Source of the DNA: Candidatus Woesearchaeota archaeon
GTDB taxonomy: Archaea > Nanobdellota > Nanobdellia > SCGC-AAA011-G17 > GW2011-AR20
DNA: 42,586 nt
Reading direction: 5' to 3'
NCBI GenBank assembly: GCA_018303025.1
Contig: JAGVYZ010000019.1
Span: forward strand, 1-42,586
Positions 21,787 to 30,949 of this stretch are shown piece after piece. How positions within the stretch are numbered: position 1 is the stretch's first letter; each line of letters begins with the position of its first letter. Below the pieces are notes generated by a model. That model was not told the DNA's origin and made no database searches. It worked only from the letters and a program-made list of their open reading frames with translations. A program made the position numbers and the translations under genes.

Positions 21787-24095
21787 AAAAATTAATTTTA
21801 TTTTTTATTTTATTAGCATTTGTTTTACCAAGTGCTAATGCTTTAGTCATAGGAAGTCAATGGGTTAATGATGGAACAAGCATAAGTGCAAACAAAGGCG
21901 AAATAGTTTCTTTTACTTATTCTGTTTTCCCAACAATGAATAGATTTACTGATAGTTATAATATTATGATTACTTTAACTAAAGAAGATGGAACTTTCAT
22001 AAGAGAATTAGCTAATACTAATATTAATGGCGGAGATTATAGTGATACACAAAATTTTGCTGTTAACAATGCTGGAAATTATTCTGTAAACATTTTTGTT
22101 AGATATACAACTGGAAGGGATGAAAGAGACACTTCTAATTTAAATTTAAAAGTTTTAGACTCAACTACTGGAAACAATGCACCTGTTATAACAAGCACTG
22201 CTGTTACAACTGCAACTGTAAATACTCTTTATACTTATGATGTTGATGCAAGTGATGCTGATGGTGATACATTAAGTTATAGTTTAACTAATAATCCTAT
22301 TGGGATGAACATAAATTCTAATAGTGGTTTAATTTCATGGACACCCCAGAATATTGGGAGTTATGATGTAAATGTAAAAGTTTCTGATAATAAAAATGGA
22401 GTAGATGAACAATTATTTGTTATTGTTGTTTCAAGTGTTATTCCTGGAAACAATGCACCTGTTATTATAAGCAATCCTGTTTTAACTGGAACTGTAAATA
22501 CTCTTTATACTTATGATGTTGATGCTACTGATGCTGATGGTGATACATTAACTTATTCATTAGTTAGTTCTCCAAATTGGATGCAAATAAATAATGTGAA
22601 TGGATTGATTAGCGGAACTCCAACTCAAACTGGAAATTATGATGTAAATGTAAAAGTTTCTGATAATAAAGGCGGGGTAGATGAACAATCATTTGTTATT
22701 ATTGTTTCAAGTGTTATTCCTGGAAACAATGCACCTGTTATAACAAGTAATCCTGTTTTAACTGGAACTGTAAATACTCTTTATACTTATGATGTTGATG
22801 CTACTGATGCTGATAATGATGTTTTAAGTTATAGTTTAATAAATAAACCAGCTAATATGAATATAAATTCTAATAGTGGTTTAATTTCATGGACACCTAA
22901 TAATATAGGGAATTATAATGTAAATGTAAAAGTTTCTGATAATAAAGGCGGGGTAGATGAACAATCATTTGTTATTATTGTTTCAAGTGTTATTCCTGGA
23001 AACAATGCACCTTATTTTACAAATTTACCTGCTACTGTTACTGCATATAAAAATGTTTTATTTAATTATGATGTAAATGCAATTGATGCTGATGGTGATA
23101 CATTAACTTATTCATTAGTTAGTTCTCCTGATAATGTAGTCATGAACATGAATACAGGTTTAATTACATGGACACCAAATGAGGTAGGAAATTATAATAT
23201 TCAAGTCAGGGTTTCTGACAACAATGGTGGAAGTGCGGTAAGCACATTAACTGTAAATGTCAATATTATTAATCCTAATGATTTAAATGCACAAATTATA
23301 AATCCTAATGAAGGAGATATTTATTATCAAAATACTCCTGTTTTATTAGAAGGAATATCTAATCCAGTTGCTACAAATTATGAATGGAAAATATTTCAGG
23401 GAAATAGTTTAATACGAACAATAACTGGCAATATTATTGGCGGAACAATAAGCACTTTTTATAATTTTGCAGAAACAGGAATTTATCAAATATTATTTGG
23501 GGTTTCTGTTGATGATGTAAAAAGTCCATATGATAATGTTAATATTGAGGTTGTTCAACAACCTGATGTTTCAATAAAAGTAATCAGTTATGTTAACAAT
23601 GCATTAACTGTTGAAGGTGTTGTAATTGATTCAAATTTAATTGAAAAATATTTATGGGACTTTGAAGGAAGAGAAAGAGAAGGAAAAATAGTAAGCATTG
23701 AATTTACACCTGATAAGAAAAGCGTATTTGTCGTATTAACTGCTGTAGACAAATATGGGAATGATTTCATTGCTACTAAATTAATTGATTTAAGTCAATT
23801 TGATGATGGAAAAGAAACATCACAAGTTCATAAAATAAGATTGAATGACATGACTTTTATCAAATCAAATGATGCAGTGCATGTTTTTGTAAATGTAAGA
23901 AATGAAGGAAATAACGACGAGAAAGTTAGCTTGAGAGTTAATATTGGAAGATTTGTCCAGTATGATTCATTTACATTAAGCAAAAATGATGTATTACAAA
24001 GACATTTTGTCTTTAAAGAAACTGATGATCAACATGTAATAAACGCAGAAGCAACTGTAGGGAGTAAAAAGTATACTATCTACAAAGTGATGTAG
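21783..24095 (+). CDS. secreted adhesin-like protein with four cadherin-like (He_PIG/dystroglycan-type) repeats plus a CARDB-like C-terminal domain
   Basis: Signal peptide MKKLILFFILLAFVLPSANA. Four 92-aa repeats follow the pattern NAPVITS..NTLYTYDVDA.DADGDTL.YSL....GLISWTP...G.Y.VNVKVSDNKGG. The start overlaps the upstream stop (ATGA). No C-terminal TM segment. Confidence 0.8.
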   Translation: MKKLILFFILLAFVLPSANALVIGSQWVNDGTSISANKGEIVSFTYSVFPTMNRFTDSYNIMITLTKEDGTFIRELANTNINGGDYSDTQNFAVNNAGNYSVNIFVRYTTGRDERDTSNLNLKVLDSTTGNNAPVITSTAVTTATVNTLYTYDVDASDADGDTLSYSLTNNPIGMNINSNSGLISWTPQNIGSYDVNVKVSDNKNGVDEQLFVIVVSSVIPGNNAPVIISNPVLTGTVNTLYTYDVDATDADGDTLTYSLVSSPNWMQINNVNGLISGTPTQTGNYDVNVKVSDNKGGVDEQSFVIIVSSVIPGNNAPVITSNPVLTGTVNTLYTYDVDATDADNDVLSYSLINKPANMNINSNSGLISWTPNNIGNYNVNVKVSDNKGGVDEQSFVIIVSSVIPGNNAPYFTNLPATVTAYKNVLFNYDVNAIDADGDTLTYSLVSSPDNVVMNMNTGLITWTPNEVGNYNIQVRVSDNNGGSAVSTLTVNVNIINPNDLNAQIINPNEGDIYYQNTPVLLEGISNPVATNYEWKIFQGNSLIRTITGNIIGGTISTFYNFAETGIYQILFGVSVDDVKSPYDNVNIEVVQQPDVSIKVISYVNNALTVEGVVIDSNLIEKYLWDFEGREREGKIVSIEFTPDKKSVFVVLTAVDKYGNDFIATKLIDLSQFDDGKETSQVHKIRLNDMTFIKSNDAVHVFVNVRNEGNNDEKVSLRVNIGRFVQYDSFTLSKNDVLQRHFVFKETDDQHVINAEATVGSKKYTIYKVM
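22170..23273 (+). repeat. 4 x 276-bp in-frame tandem repeat inside the adhesin gene
   Basis: Repeat starts (ggaaacaatgcacct) are at 22170, 22446, 22722 and 22998. Flanks of repeats 2 and 3 are nearly identical at DNA level. The middles alternate in an ABAB pattern: R1 resembles R3 and R2 resembles R4. Confidence 0.9.
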
Positions 24096-24160
24096 TTACC
24101 AAAAAGTTTATAAACATGTTGTTACTAAAGAATTAACATAGCTTAGGGGGGAAAATTAAA

Positions 24161-25459
24161 ATGAAAAAATTATTTGTATTATTAGTATTATTATTTAGTT
24201 TAGTTAGTTTAAACACAGTTATGGCTGTTGAGCCTGTTACTGTTACAAACATAGAAATAAATGGCGTAGATGTTCAAGGATTAGATGCATTATATGTTGA
24301 AAGAGGAGACATATTAAATGTAAGAGTAACTGTTTCAGCTGATTCTAATGTTGCTGATTTAAGAATAAGAGCTTCTTTAGATGCTTCTTATGAATATGGC
24401 GGACCAATAGACCAGGATTCAGCTTTAATGAAATTAGATGCTGGAAGTTCAAGAGTAATTAATTTACAATTACAAATACCAAGTGATATTGATGCTTCTG
24501 AAGATACTTCTATTACTATAGATGTAAATGCAGATGGTGAAAGAGTAGATCTTGCTTTAGATACTTTTCCAATAAGATTACAAGAAAAAAGACATGCTGT
24601 TGAATTATTTGATGTAATTATAAATCCAGGTTTAAGTGTTAGAGATTACTTATCTGTTTCAGCTGTTGTTGAAAATATGGGTGACTGCATAGATGTTACT
24701 TCATGTGAACCTGAAAAGAATGTAATTATTGAAGCAAGCATTCCTGCATTAGGAATTAGCGTAAGAGATTCAATAGACAAATTATATCCTGACACTTTAG
24801 AAGATGATAGTGATGAAAGTGCAAGAGATTCTACTGCTAAAGTAAATTTACCTATTATAGACTTAAGCAATGCTCCTGCTGGAACTTATGAATTAAGAGT
24901 AAGAGCATACTTTAATAGAAAAAATGACTTTACTGAAAAGAAATACACTTTAGTTGTAGAAAAAGGCATTGCATCTGATTTAATATTCAATGCAGATTCA
25001 ACAAGCAAAAATGTTGAAGCTGGAGAAACTGTTGAATATAAATTAAGTGTAGCTAACTTAGGAAAGAATGACAGAACATTTTTAGTAAATGTTGAAGGTG
25101 TAAGTACATTTGGAAGCGCAAATGTTGAACCTAGAATGATTACTGTTAGAGCTGGTACTACACAAGATGTTAAATTAACTTTAGTTGCTAAAGACAATAT
25201 TCAAGGAACTAATTTGTTCAGTGTAAAATTACTTGAAAATGGACAAATGGTACAAGAATTAAATTTAGAAGCTAAAGCAAGTGATGACAACTTAGCTACT
25301 TTCAAGACAGGATTACAAGTAGGTTTCGTAATATTATTGGTTATCTTAATAATATTAGGAATAATTGTTGCTTTATCAAGAGGAAAGGATAATGGAAATG
25401 TAGAAGTTCCAACTCCTTCCAGAAAAGAAGACAACGACAAACCACAAACCTATTACTAA
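24161..25459 (+). CDS. S-layer/CARDB-like cell-surface protein with a C-terminal TM anchor
   Basis: Signal peptide MKKLFVLLVLLFSLVSLNTVMA, beta-rich acidic domains (NVEAGETVEYKLSVANLGKNDRTFLVNVEG), a C-terminal TM (FVILLVILIILGIIVAL) and a short tail. Confidence 0.75.
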   Translation: MKKLFVLLVLLFSLVSLNTVMAVEPVTVTNIEINGVDVQGLDALYVERGDILNVRVTVSADSNVADLRIRASLDASYEYGGPIDQDSALMKLDAGSSRVINLQLQIPSDIDASEDTSITIDVNADGERVDLALDTFPIRLQEKRHAVELFDVIINPGLSVRDYLSVSAVVENMGDCIDVTSCEPEKNVIIEASIPALGISVRDSIDKLYPDTLEDDSDESARDSTAKVNLPIIDLSNAPAGTYELRVRAYFNRKNDFTEKKYTLVVEKGIASDLIFNADSTSKNVEAGETVEYKLSVANLGKNDRTFLVNVEGVSTFGSANVEPRMITVRAGTTQDVKLTLVAKDNIQGTNLFSVKLLENGQMVQELNLEAKASDDNLATFKTGLQVGFVILLVILIILGIIVALSRGKDNGNVEVPTPSRKEDNDKPQTYY

Positions 25460-25553
25460 GGTTTCTTTTAGGAAAAGAAAGTCCTGAAAGAAAAATAAAG
25501 AAATCCTGAATTTTTTATTTTTTTATTTAAATTTTATACAAAAGTGAGATAAA

Positions 25554-25973
25554 ATGGCAAGAGGAAGACAACCCAAAAGAATTGTAGAAACAGTAGCTGA
25601 AAAGTTTGCTGTTTGCTTTGCTTCTGATGATGTTTCTATTGTAGTTGGTGTTACAAATGCAAATTCTGGATATAGATGTCCTGGTTTTAATTTTTTTGTG
25701 AAAGGAGATGTTTTCTTGGATATAATAAAGGATGGCAAAGATGTAGAAGTTTATTCTGCAAGACAAGACTTACATCCTTTTAATGATTTAGACAGAGCTA
25801 TACAATCTTTAGACATGATAGCTATTAACAGAACATTGGAAAAAGAAGGTATAAGCGTTATAAAACCTAGAGAATTTAAATATTTGTTTGGGCCATTATT
25901 TGTAAAATATAATCCAGGCATGAAAGGAGTGGGCAATCAAGATATTCATGAAAATTACTTGATTGTTATTTAA
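25554..25973 (+). CDS. hypothetical cytosolic protein (139 aa), unrecognised
   Basis: Longest ORF at this locus and free of low-complexity sequence. The opposing 71-aa and 79-aa ORFs look spurious. No signal peptide or TM. Confidence 0.55.
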   Translation: MARGRQPKRIVETVAEKFAVCFASDDVSIVVGVTNANSGYRCPGFNFFVKGDVFLDIIKDGKDVEVYSARQDLHPFNDLDRAIQSLDMIAINRTLEKEGISVIKPREFKYLFGPLFVKYNPGMKGVGNQDIHENYLIVI

Positions 25974-25990
25974 CTTATTTATGGAGAAAA

Positions 25991-26443
25991 ATGGCAGAAG
26001 AAAGAAAATCACCTTTAGAATCGTTTAATTATCCTAAATCCATGCATCTTGTTTTTAATCCAATGACTAAATACACCCACGTTGATAATTATTCTTTATA
26101 TGTTTTGAGACTTACAAAAGTTGAAGCTATTTATAGTGATGGAAATGATTTCAGAGGCAATCTGGCTATTGATGAAATTCCAAGAGATTATAGAGTTGAT
26201 TCAAAAGGAAATAGAGTTTTGTGTGTAGGAGAAGATGTTGTTTCTAAATTTAGCGAAGTTATTAAGGGAAATAAAAGATTAGGAGATATTGAAAGAGAAG
26301 GAATAGAAATTACTTTTAAAGTTAGAAACTGGGTAGAATTCAAATATGATGTAGGAAGACAAATAAGGCAAAAAACAGGTCTTTTAATTGATTCAGAGGA
26401 ATTACTTAGACCAATATTTGATGAGTATAGCAAAGTAATTTAA
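25991..26443 (+). CDS. hypothetical cytosolic protein (150 aa), unrecognised
   Basis: ORF 17 nt downstream of the previous gene on the same strand. No recognisable motifs. Confidence 0.55.
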   Translation: MAEERKSPLESFNYPKSMHLVFNPMTKYTHVDNYSLYVLRLTKVEAIYSDGNDFRGNLAIDEIPRDYRVDSKGNRVLCVGEDVVSKFSEVIKGNKRLGDIEREGIEITFKVRNWVEFKYDVGRQIRQKTGLLIDSEELLRPIFDEYSKVI

Positions 26444-26445
26444 TT

Positions 26446-27264
26446 TTACTTTTTTATTAAATCTTTTATTTGATTAAATAATAGTCTTTTATTGAATTTT
26501 AAGTCTTCTATGAATGATTCTGGAAGAACATCTAATTCTGGAATCTTGTTGAAAATATTATCTGTTATGTTCATGCAGCTTTCTATTTTGTTTATTGAGA
26601 ATTTATTTAATTCCAGCTTATTTTGATTTAACAAAATATTTAATTCTTTCAATTTATCAAATGAATTTATTATGCTGTTTAGGATTATTTCTGAGTTTAA
26701 TGTATCTATCTTTCTGGTATATCTGCTTTTATTTGATTTGCTTATTGTTGTATGAATATTGTTTAATGTGTCTTCAAATAGGGTTATATGTGATTGGACT
26801 TCTTCTATATCGTGTTGTTTTATTGTTTTGTTTTCTAATCTTTCAAAAACTCTTGCTAGATTCTGCCTGAATAACAATAAAGAGGATCTTATTCTACTTA
26901 TTCTTTCATTAAATGAGATTTCATAGATTTCAGATACAATTACTTCTTGTTTAATTGAGACTAATTTTGAGGTTACTAATGCAAGTAATAATAAACCCAA
27001 AATTACCTGGATTATTGCTATTATTCTGAAAAAACCTAATGGAATTATATCTCCAAAACCTGTTGTTGTTGCTGTTATGAAACTAAAATATATATCTGTT
27101 GATAACTTGGTAATTACTTCTTCTGTTTGTGTTGAGAGCAAAAAAGATGAATCATTTGAAAAGAAATGATAGATTAATCCAAAACCCGAGATAATTATTA
27201 TCCATAAAGTCAGGATATTAAGAAAAGACAATTTATCAAGCCAAGTTTCTAGTTTAAAGTTCAT
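26446..27264 (-). CDS. two-TM potassium channel with a cytoplasmic C-terminal domain
   Basis: Selectivity filter TATTTGFGDIIP flanked by TM helices (LTLWIIIISGFGLIYHFF and IIAIIQVILGLLLLALV). Confidence 0.8.
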   Translation of the reverse strand: MNFKLETWLDKLSFLNILTLWIIIISGFGLIYHFFSNDSSFLLSTQTEEVITKLSTDIYFSFITATTTGFGDIIPLGFFRIIAIIQVILGLLLLALVTSKLVSIKQEVIVSEIYEISFNERISRIRSSLLLFRQNLARVFERLENKTIKQHDIEEVQSHITLFEDTLNNIHTTISKSNKSRYTRKIDTLNSEIILNSIINSFDKLKELNILLNQNKLELNKFSINKIESCMNITDNIFNKIPELDVLPESFIEDLKFNKRLLFNQIKDLIKK

Positions 27265-27299
27265 TAGGCTCTTTCACTTTGATGTTAAATTTATAAACT

Positions 27300-27470
27300 T
27301 TATCCATAAGGTTTTTCTTTTGGTCGAGAAAGCAAAGCTTTCTAGACTCCAGAAAACTAAAGTTTTCTTGAGTAAAAGAAAACCCTGATAAAGAAAACAC
27401 TTAGGAAAAGAAAAGTTCTGAAAAAGAAAACATTTTTGGAAAAAGTCTTGAAAAAGAAAAGAAAATTTGA
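27300..27470. repeat. purine-rich repeat leader related to 20216-20345 and 25470-25490
   Basis: AAAGAAAAC-type units at 27374-27383, 27390-27398 and 27421-27431. AGGAAAAGAAAAGTTCTGAAAAAG is at 27403-27426. Hairpins AGAAAGC-aaa-GCTTTCT and AGAAAAC-taaa-GTTTTCT are also present. Confidence 0.7.
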
Positions 27471-27552
27471 TATTTGCTATTAAATATATTCTAATTACAT
27501 AAACTTTAAATAGGAATGACTTTCTTTGAGTAATAAAGGGGAGTTGTTTTAA

Positions 27553-30114
27553 ATGAATGGTAAATATATAATAATATTAATGATTTTTGCAATGCTTGCT
27601 ATAAACGTAAATGCTGATTTTACTTTAAGTTCTGATACTTTAGAACAGACTGTATGTCAGGGTAATACTGTTTTGTTCACAACTAAAGTTTTAGGTTCTG
27701 GATTATTTTCTGTTAACCAAGAAGGAAATGGAGCTTCATTTTCTACAACTGTTCCTTTAAATGCCCAGTCAAATGGAGTATTTTACACTTATATGACACC
27801 TTCTTCTTTAACTTTGCCTGGAAATTATAACTTAAATGTTGTTGTTAATGATGGTGCAACTGTAAAAAAAGCAAATTATGCATTAAATGTGCAGGATTGC
27901 CATGCAATGCAAATTAAAGCTGAGACTGTAAAGGATATTTGCGAATGCGGGAGTGAAAGAATTGGCTTTAAGATTAAGAATAATGGGAAGTTTACTGAAA
28001 CCTATACATTAAGCTTAACTGGCTCTGGAAAAGATATTGCTAAACTAGCTTCTGATTCAGTTAGCTTGGATGCTAATGAAGAAAAAGAAGTTACTGTTAA
28101 TGTTGATGCTCCATGCAATCTGGAAAGTGCTTTTGATTTAACATTAAATGTTGTTTCCAAGAATAGCGATGCTAGTTCTAGTTTTACTACTTTAATTAAT
28201 GTAAACAAATGCTATGGCTTTGATGCTAATCTTGAAAAAAGCTATTTGAGTTTATGCGAGAAAGAAGATACTTCCTTAAAATTAGACATTACTAATTTAG
28301 GTGTTTATGATAATAATTTCAAAATTAAAGTTGATGGTGTAAACTGGATTAATGTTGAGAAGAATGAAGTTTCTATTCTACAAAAAGGAAAAGAGAGTGT
28401 TAACTTGCTTATTAAACCTGGCTCTAATATTGGAAACTTTACTGCTAAAGTAAAAATAAGCACCAAAGACAATAATATTGTAAAAGAGGGCGAGTTAAAA
28501 GTTGATATTAGAAAATGCTATGGTGTTAATTTAAATGTTGATTCTGAATTTAAAGTTTGCAATGCATTTGTTTCTTCAAAAGAGATTGAAGTTAAAAATC
28601 CAGGTGAATTTGCTGAAACTTTTATGATTAAGGGCGGTTATGACTGGATAGAAGAAGAGAATATAACTCTACAAAGCAAAGAGACTAAAAAAGTATTATT
28701 GAGATTAAATCCTGAAAATCTAAAAGAAGGAGATTATAGAACTCAAATTACTGTTACTAATGTCAAAGATGATAATTTGAAAGAAGAAAAAACAGTAACA
28801 ATAACTGTTGTTGACAAAATCAATTGCTATGGTGTTAGTTTGACTCTTGATAAAAATATTGATGTCAAAAGAGATTCTTCAAAATTAGTCACTGTTACTT
28901 TGAAAAATAATGGTTTTGAAGATGGAAAATATTTACTTGAATTAAATGGAAACACTAATTTTGTACAGGTAAATCCTTCTATTTTAGAAATAGAACATGG
29001 AAAATCAGCTAATACTTATTTATACATTGCACCTTCAAAATCAGTTGAAGAAGGTGTTTATGAGGTAATATTGAAAGTTAAATTAGAGGATAATACTTTA
29101 ATTAAAGAAGAAAGACTTAATATTAAAGTTGGAACAGAAAGCAAAGTTGTTTCTTCTAATACAACTTCTTTTTGGAGTAAAATAACTGGATGGTTTACTT
29201 TTGAAGTTAAAAATGAAACCAAAGTACAACCTGTAAAAACAGTTAAATTAAATGCTAATGGTGTAAAGGTTAAAGCTAATACTTCATTTATTATTGGAAA
29301 TGAAACACATTCATTTGAGATTGTTGAAATGGATAATGAGAGTGCTACAATTGTCTTTAAATCTGATCCTGTTGTAGTTTCTTTAGATAATAATGAGACT
29401 ATTAAAGTTGATTTAAATCAAGATGGGAAAGAGGATGTTTCTGTAACTTATCTTAATAATGAGTTTTTAATTAAACAAATTGCTGAAGAAAAAGAATCTT
29501 TTTTTAACCAGAGAAATTTGATAATAATAGGGGTAATTATTGGTGTTTTAATATTAGGAATATTGCTTTACTTCATGATTGCTTCTGATAGTGAAGAAGA
29601 AACAAAAGAAGAAAAGTTTGAACTTGAGGAAGAGGAAGAAGGCGGTTATAGGATAGGAAGATGGATATTGGGATTGATTGCAATTGGTGTTTTAGCTTAT
29701 TATTTCAAAGATTCTATTAATTGGAAGGATTATCTACTTGCTTATAAAAACTATATTATAATTGGCTTAATCTGCTTAATTGGAATTGTTATATTAGCTA
29801 AATACTGGAAACAAATTAATAATTTTTTAGATGATTTAGACGAGGAAGAGAAGAAGCCTCTTGATAAAAGCCTTAAAAGAACAAGTTCTTCTAGCAGAAG
29901 CCTTTTAGAAAAAGCCTTCAGGGAAAAGCAAAGCTTAACACTTCAGGGAAAAGAGAAAGAAAAGAAAAGACTTATTGTTAGGCATACTAAAGAAGTTGAA
30001 AAAAAACATGCTGTGAAAAAAGAGGTTATTGTAAAAAAACCTGTTAATGAAGAGAAAAAAAGAGGAAGACCTAAGAAAGTTGAAGAGAATACAGAAGATA
30101 ATATTGAAGAATGA
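27553..30114 (+). CDS. large S-layer/CARDB-like surface protein with three TM segments and a Lys-rich cytoplasmic tail bearing an AT-hook
   Basis: Signal peptide. Repeated ~100-aa beta domains are each introduced by a C(Y/H)G/A motif (VQDCHAM, VNKCYGF, IRKCYGV, KINCYGV). TM segments begin near residue 655. The tail contains KKRGRPKK (RGRP at 30061-30072). Confidence 0.8.
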   Translation: MNGKYIIILMIFAMLAINVNADFTLSSDTLEQTVCQGNTVLFTTKVLGSGLFSVNQEGNGASFSTTVPLNAQSNGVFYTYMTPSSLTLPGNYNLNVVVNDGATVKKANYALNVQDCHAMQIKAETVKDICECGSERIGFKIKNNGKFTETYTLSLTGSGKDIAKLASDSVSLDANEEKEVTVNVDAPCNLESAFDLTLNVVSKNSDASSSFTTLINVNKCYGFDANLEKSYLSLCEKEDTSLKLDITNLGVYDNNFKIKVDGVNWINVEKNEVSILQKGKESVNLLIKPGSNIGNFTAKVKISTKDNNIVKEGELKVDIRKCYGVNLNVDSEFKVCNAFVSSKEIEVKNPGEFAETFMIKGGYDWIEEENITLQSKETKKVLLRLNPENLKEGDYRTQITVTNVKDDNLKEEKTVTITVVDKINCYGVSLTLDKNIDVKRDSSKLVTVTLKNNGFEDGKYLLELNGNTNFVQVNPSILEIEHGKSANTYLYIAPSKSVEEGVYEVILKVKLEDNTLIKEERLNIKVGTESKVVSSNTTSFWSKITGWFTFEVKNETKVQPVKTVKLNANGVKVKANTSFIIGNETHSFEIVEMDNESATIVFKSDPVVVSLDNNETIKVDLNQDGKEDVSVTYLNNEFLIKQIAEEKESFFNQRNLIIIGVIIGVLILGILLYFMIASDSEEETKEEKFELEEEEEGGYRIGRWILGLIAIGVLAYYFKDSINWKDYLLAYKNYIIIGLICLIGIVILAKYWKQINNFLDDLDEEEKKPLDKSLKRTSSSSRSLLEKAFREKQSLTLQGKEKEKKRLIVRHTKEVEKKHAVKKEVIVKKPVNEEKKRGRPKKVEENTEDNIEE

Positions 30115-30440
30115 GAGTTGAAATACATCAACATAATAGTGAAGTGGTTTTAACAGGTGTTCCATTTTGGTGTACACCAAGAAGAGTTGCAGATACTTTA
30201 GCAAGATTGTCTGGTGTTGCTTGCAGAATTGATAGAAGTGAAGAAGGTGATTATAATGTTTCCAGGCAAGATTCTAATGGCGGTCCTATTTTTAATGTAA
30301 ACTCAATGGGACATGGAGAAATAATTGTTTGGTATAAGGGATTAAGTTCTTATGCTTCAGTCGAAGTAGTTCGGGACTTGCCTGGAGAAATAAGAAACCC
30401 CTTTTATGGATTTTTAAAATCTTTTAGGCAAGGACTATAA
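30111..30440 (+). CDS. hypothetical cytosolic protein (109 aa), translationally coupled to the surface protein
   Basis: Its ATG overlaps the upstream TGA (ATGA at 30111-30114). Unrecognised. It looks richer in G+C than its surroundings. Confidence 0.5.
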   Translation: MRVEIHQHNSEVVLTGVPFWCTPRRVADTLARLSGVACRIDRSEEGDYNVSRQDSNGGPIFNVNSMGHGEIIVWYKGLSSYASVEVVRDLPGEIRNPFYGFLKSFRQGL

Positions 30441-30897
30441 AAATAATATCTTTTCCTTCATCAATTTCTTTAATATTTTTAAAATGTTTTTTCATTAATT
30501 TTCTGAAATTATTCAGTTTTTTTGATTTTTTTAAAAAAGTAATGCAAATGTTATTGTTTTTAGATACTCGCTTTGTTTCTTTTATTGCTTTTTCTAAATT
30601 ATTTACATTTTGAAATGCTGTAACTGAGATTATTGTTGAAAATGACTTGTTTTTGAATTTTAATGATTCTGCATTGCCTTCTATACAGTTTTTTCCTGCT
30701 AATTTTAACATTTCTTTATTATTGTCTATGCCTATTGCTTTTACTTTGAAGAATTTTGTTGAAATGCCTGTTCCACAGCCAATATCTAATAAAGGGGGGA
30801 TAATCTTCATATTTTCTTTTATCACTCTCAATTTCTTTAATTGTTCTTCTTCGTATAAGTTATTATATCCTTTTGCTAATCCTGAGTAAAAGTCCAT
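30424..30897 (-). CDS. class I SAM-dependent methyltransferase
   Basis: Motif I LLDIGCGTGISTKFF followed by an acidic post-I residue (IGIDNN). The short 157-aa Rossmann-type layout fits the class. Confidence 0.8.
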   Translation of the reverse strand: MDFYSGLAKGYNNLYEEEQLKKLRVIKENMKIIPPLLDIGCGTGISTKFFKVKAIGIDNNKEMLKLAGKNCIEGNAESLKFKNKSFSTIISVTAFQNVNNLEKAIKETKRVSKNNNICITFLKKSKKLNNFRKLMKKHFKNIKEIDEGKDIIFIVLA

Positions 30898-30949
30898 ATT
30901 TCTTATTAAAAAGATAGACTTATAAATTTATTACTATTTGGTTATCTAA

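Noticed and set aside
22170-23273. Regularly spaced repeats considered as a possible CRISPR array
   Set aside because: The period is 276 bp, the repeats are in-frame and coding, and they sit inside a long ORF. There is no short repeat/unique spacer organisation. No CRISPR array was seen anywhere in the window.
24646-25440. Three minus-strand ORFs (24646-24870, 24886-25197, 25201-25440) inside the 432-aa surface-protein gene, and similar ones at 23588-23770, 28002-28208, 29935-30204 and 40579-40947
   Set aside because: All are antisense to well-supported genes and encode Ser/Leu/Thr-rich low-complexity peptides with no motifs.
25477-25490. 11-nt identity (gaaagtcctga) between the tRNA-Trp 3' exon junction (20197-20207) and 25477-25487, considered as att-site evidence for an integrated island 20216-25490
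   Set aside because: The match is too short and purine-rich. It belongs to the broader repeat family also present at 27403-27426. No integrase or other mobile-element genes are visible.
25523-25766. Two overlapping minus-strand ORFs competing with the 25554-25973 plus-strand ORF
   Set aside because: The plus-strand ORF is longer, has a normal amino-acid composition, and is co-oriented and closely spaced with the next gene. The minus-strand ORFs are short and hydrophobic or low-complexity.
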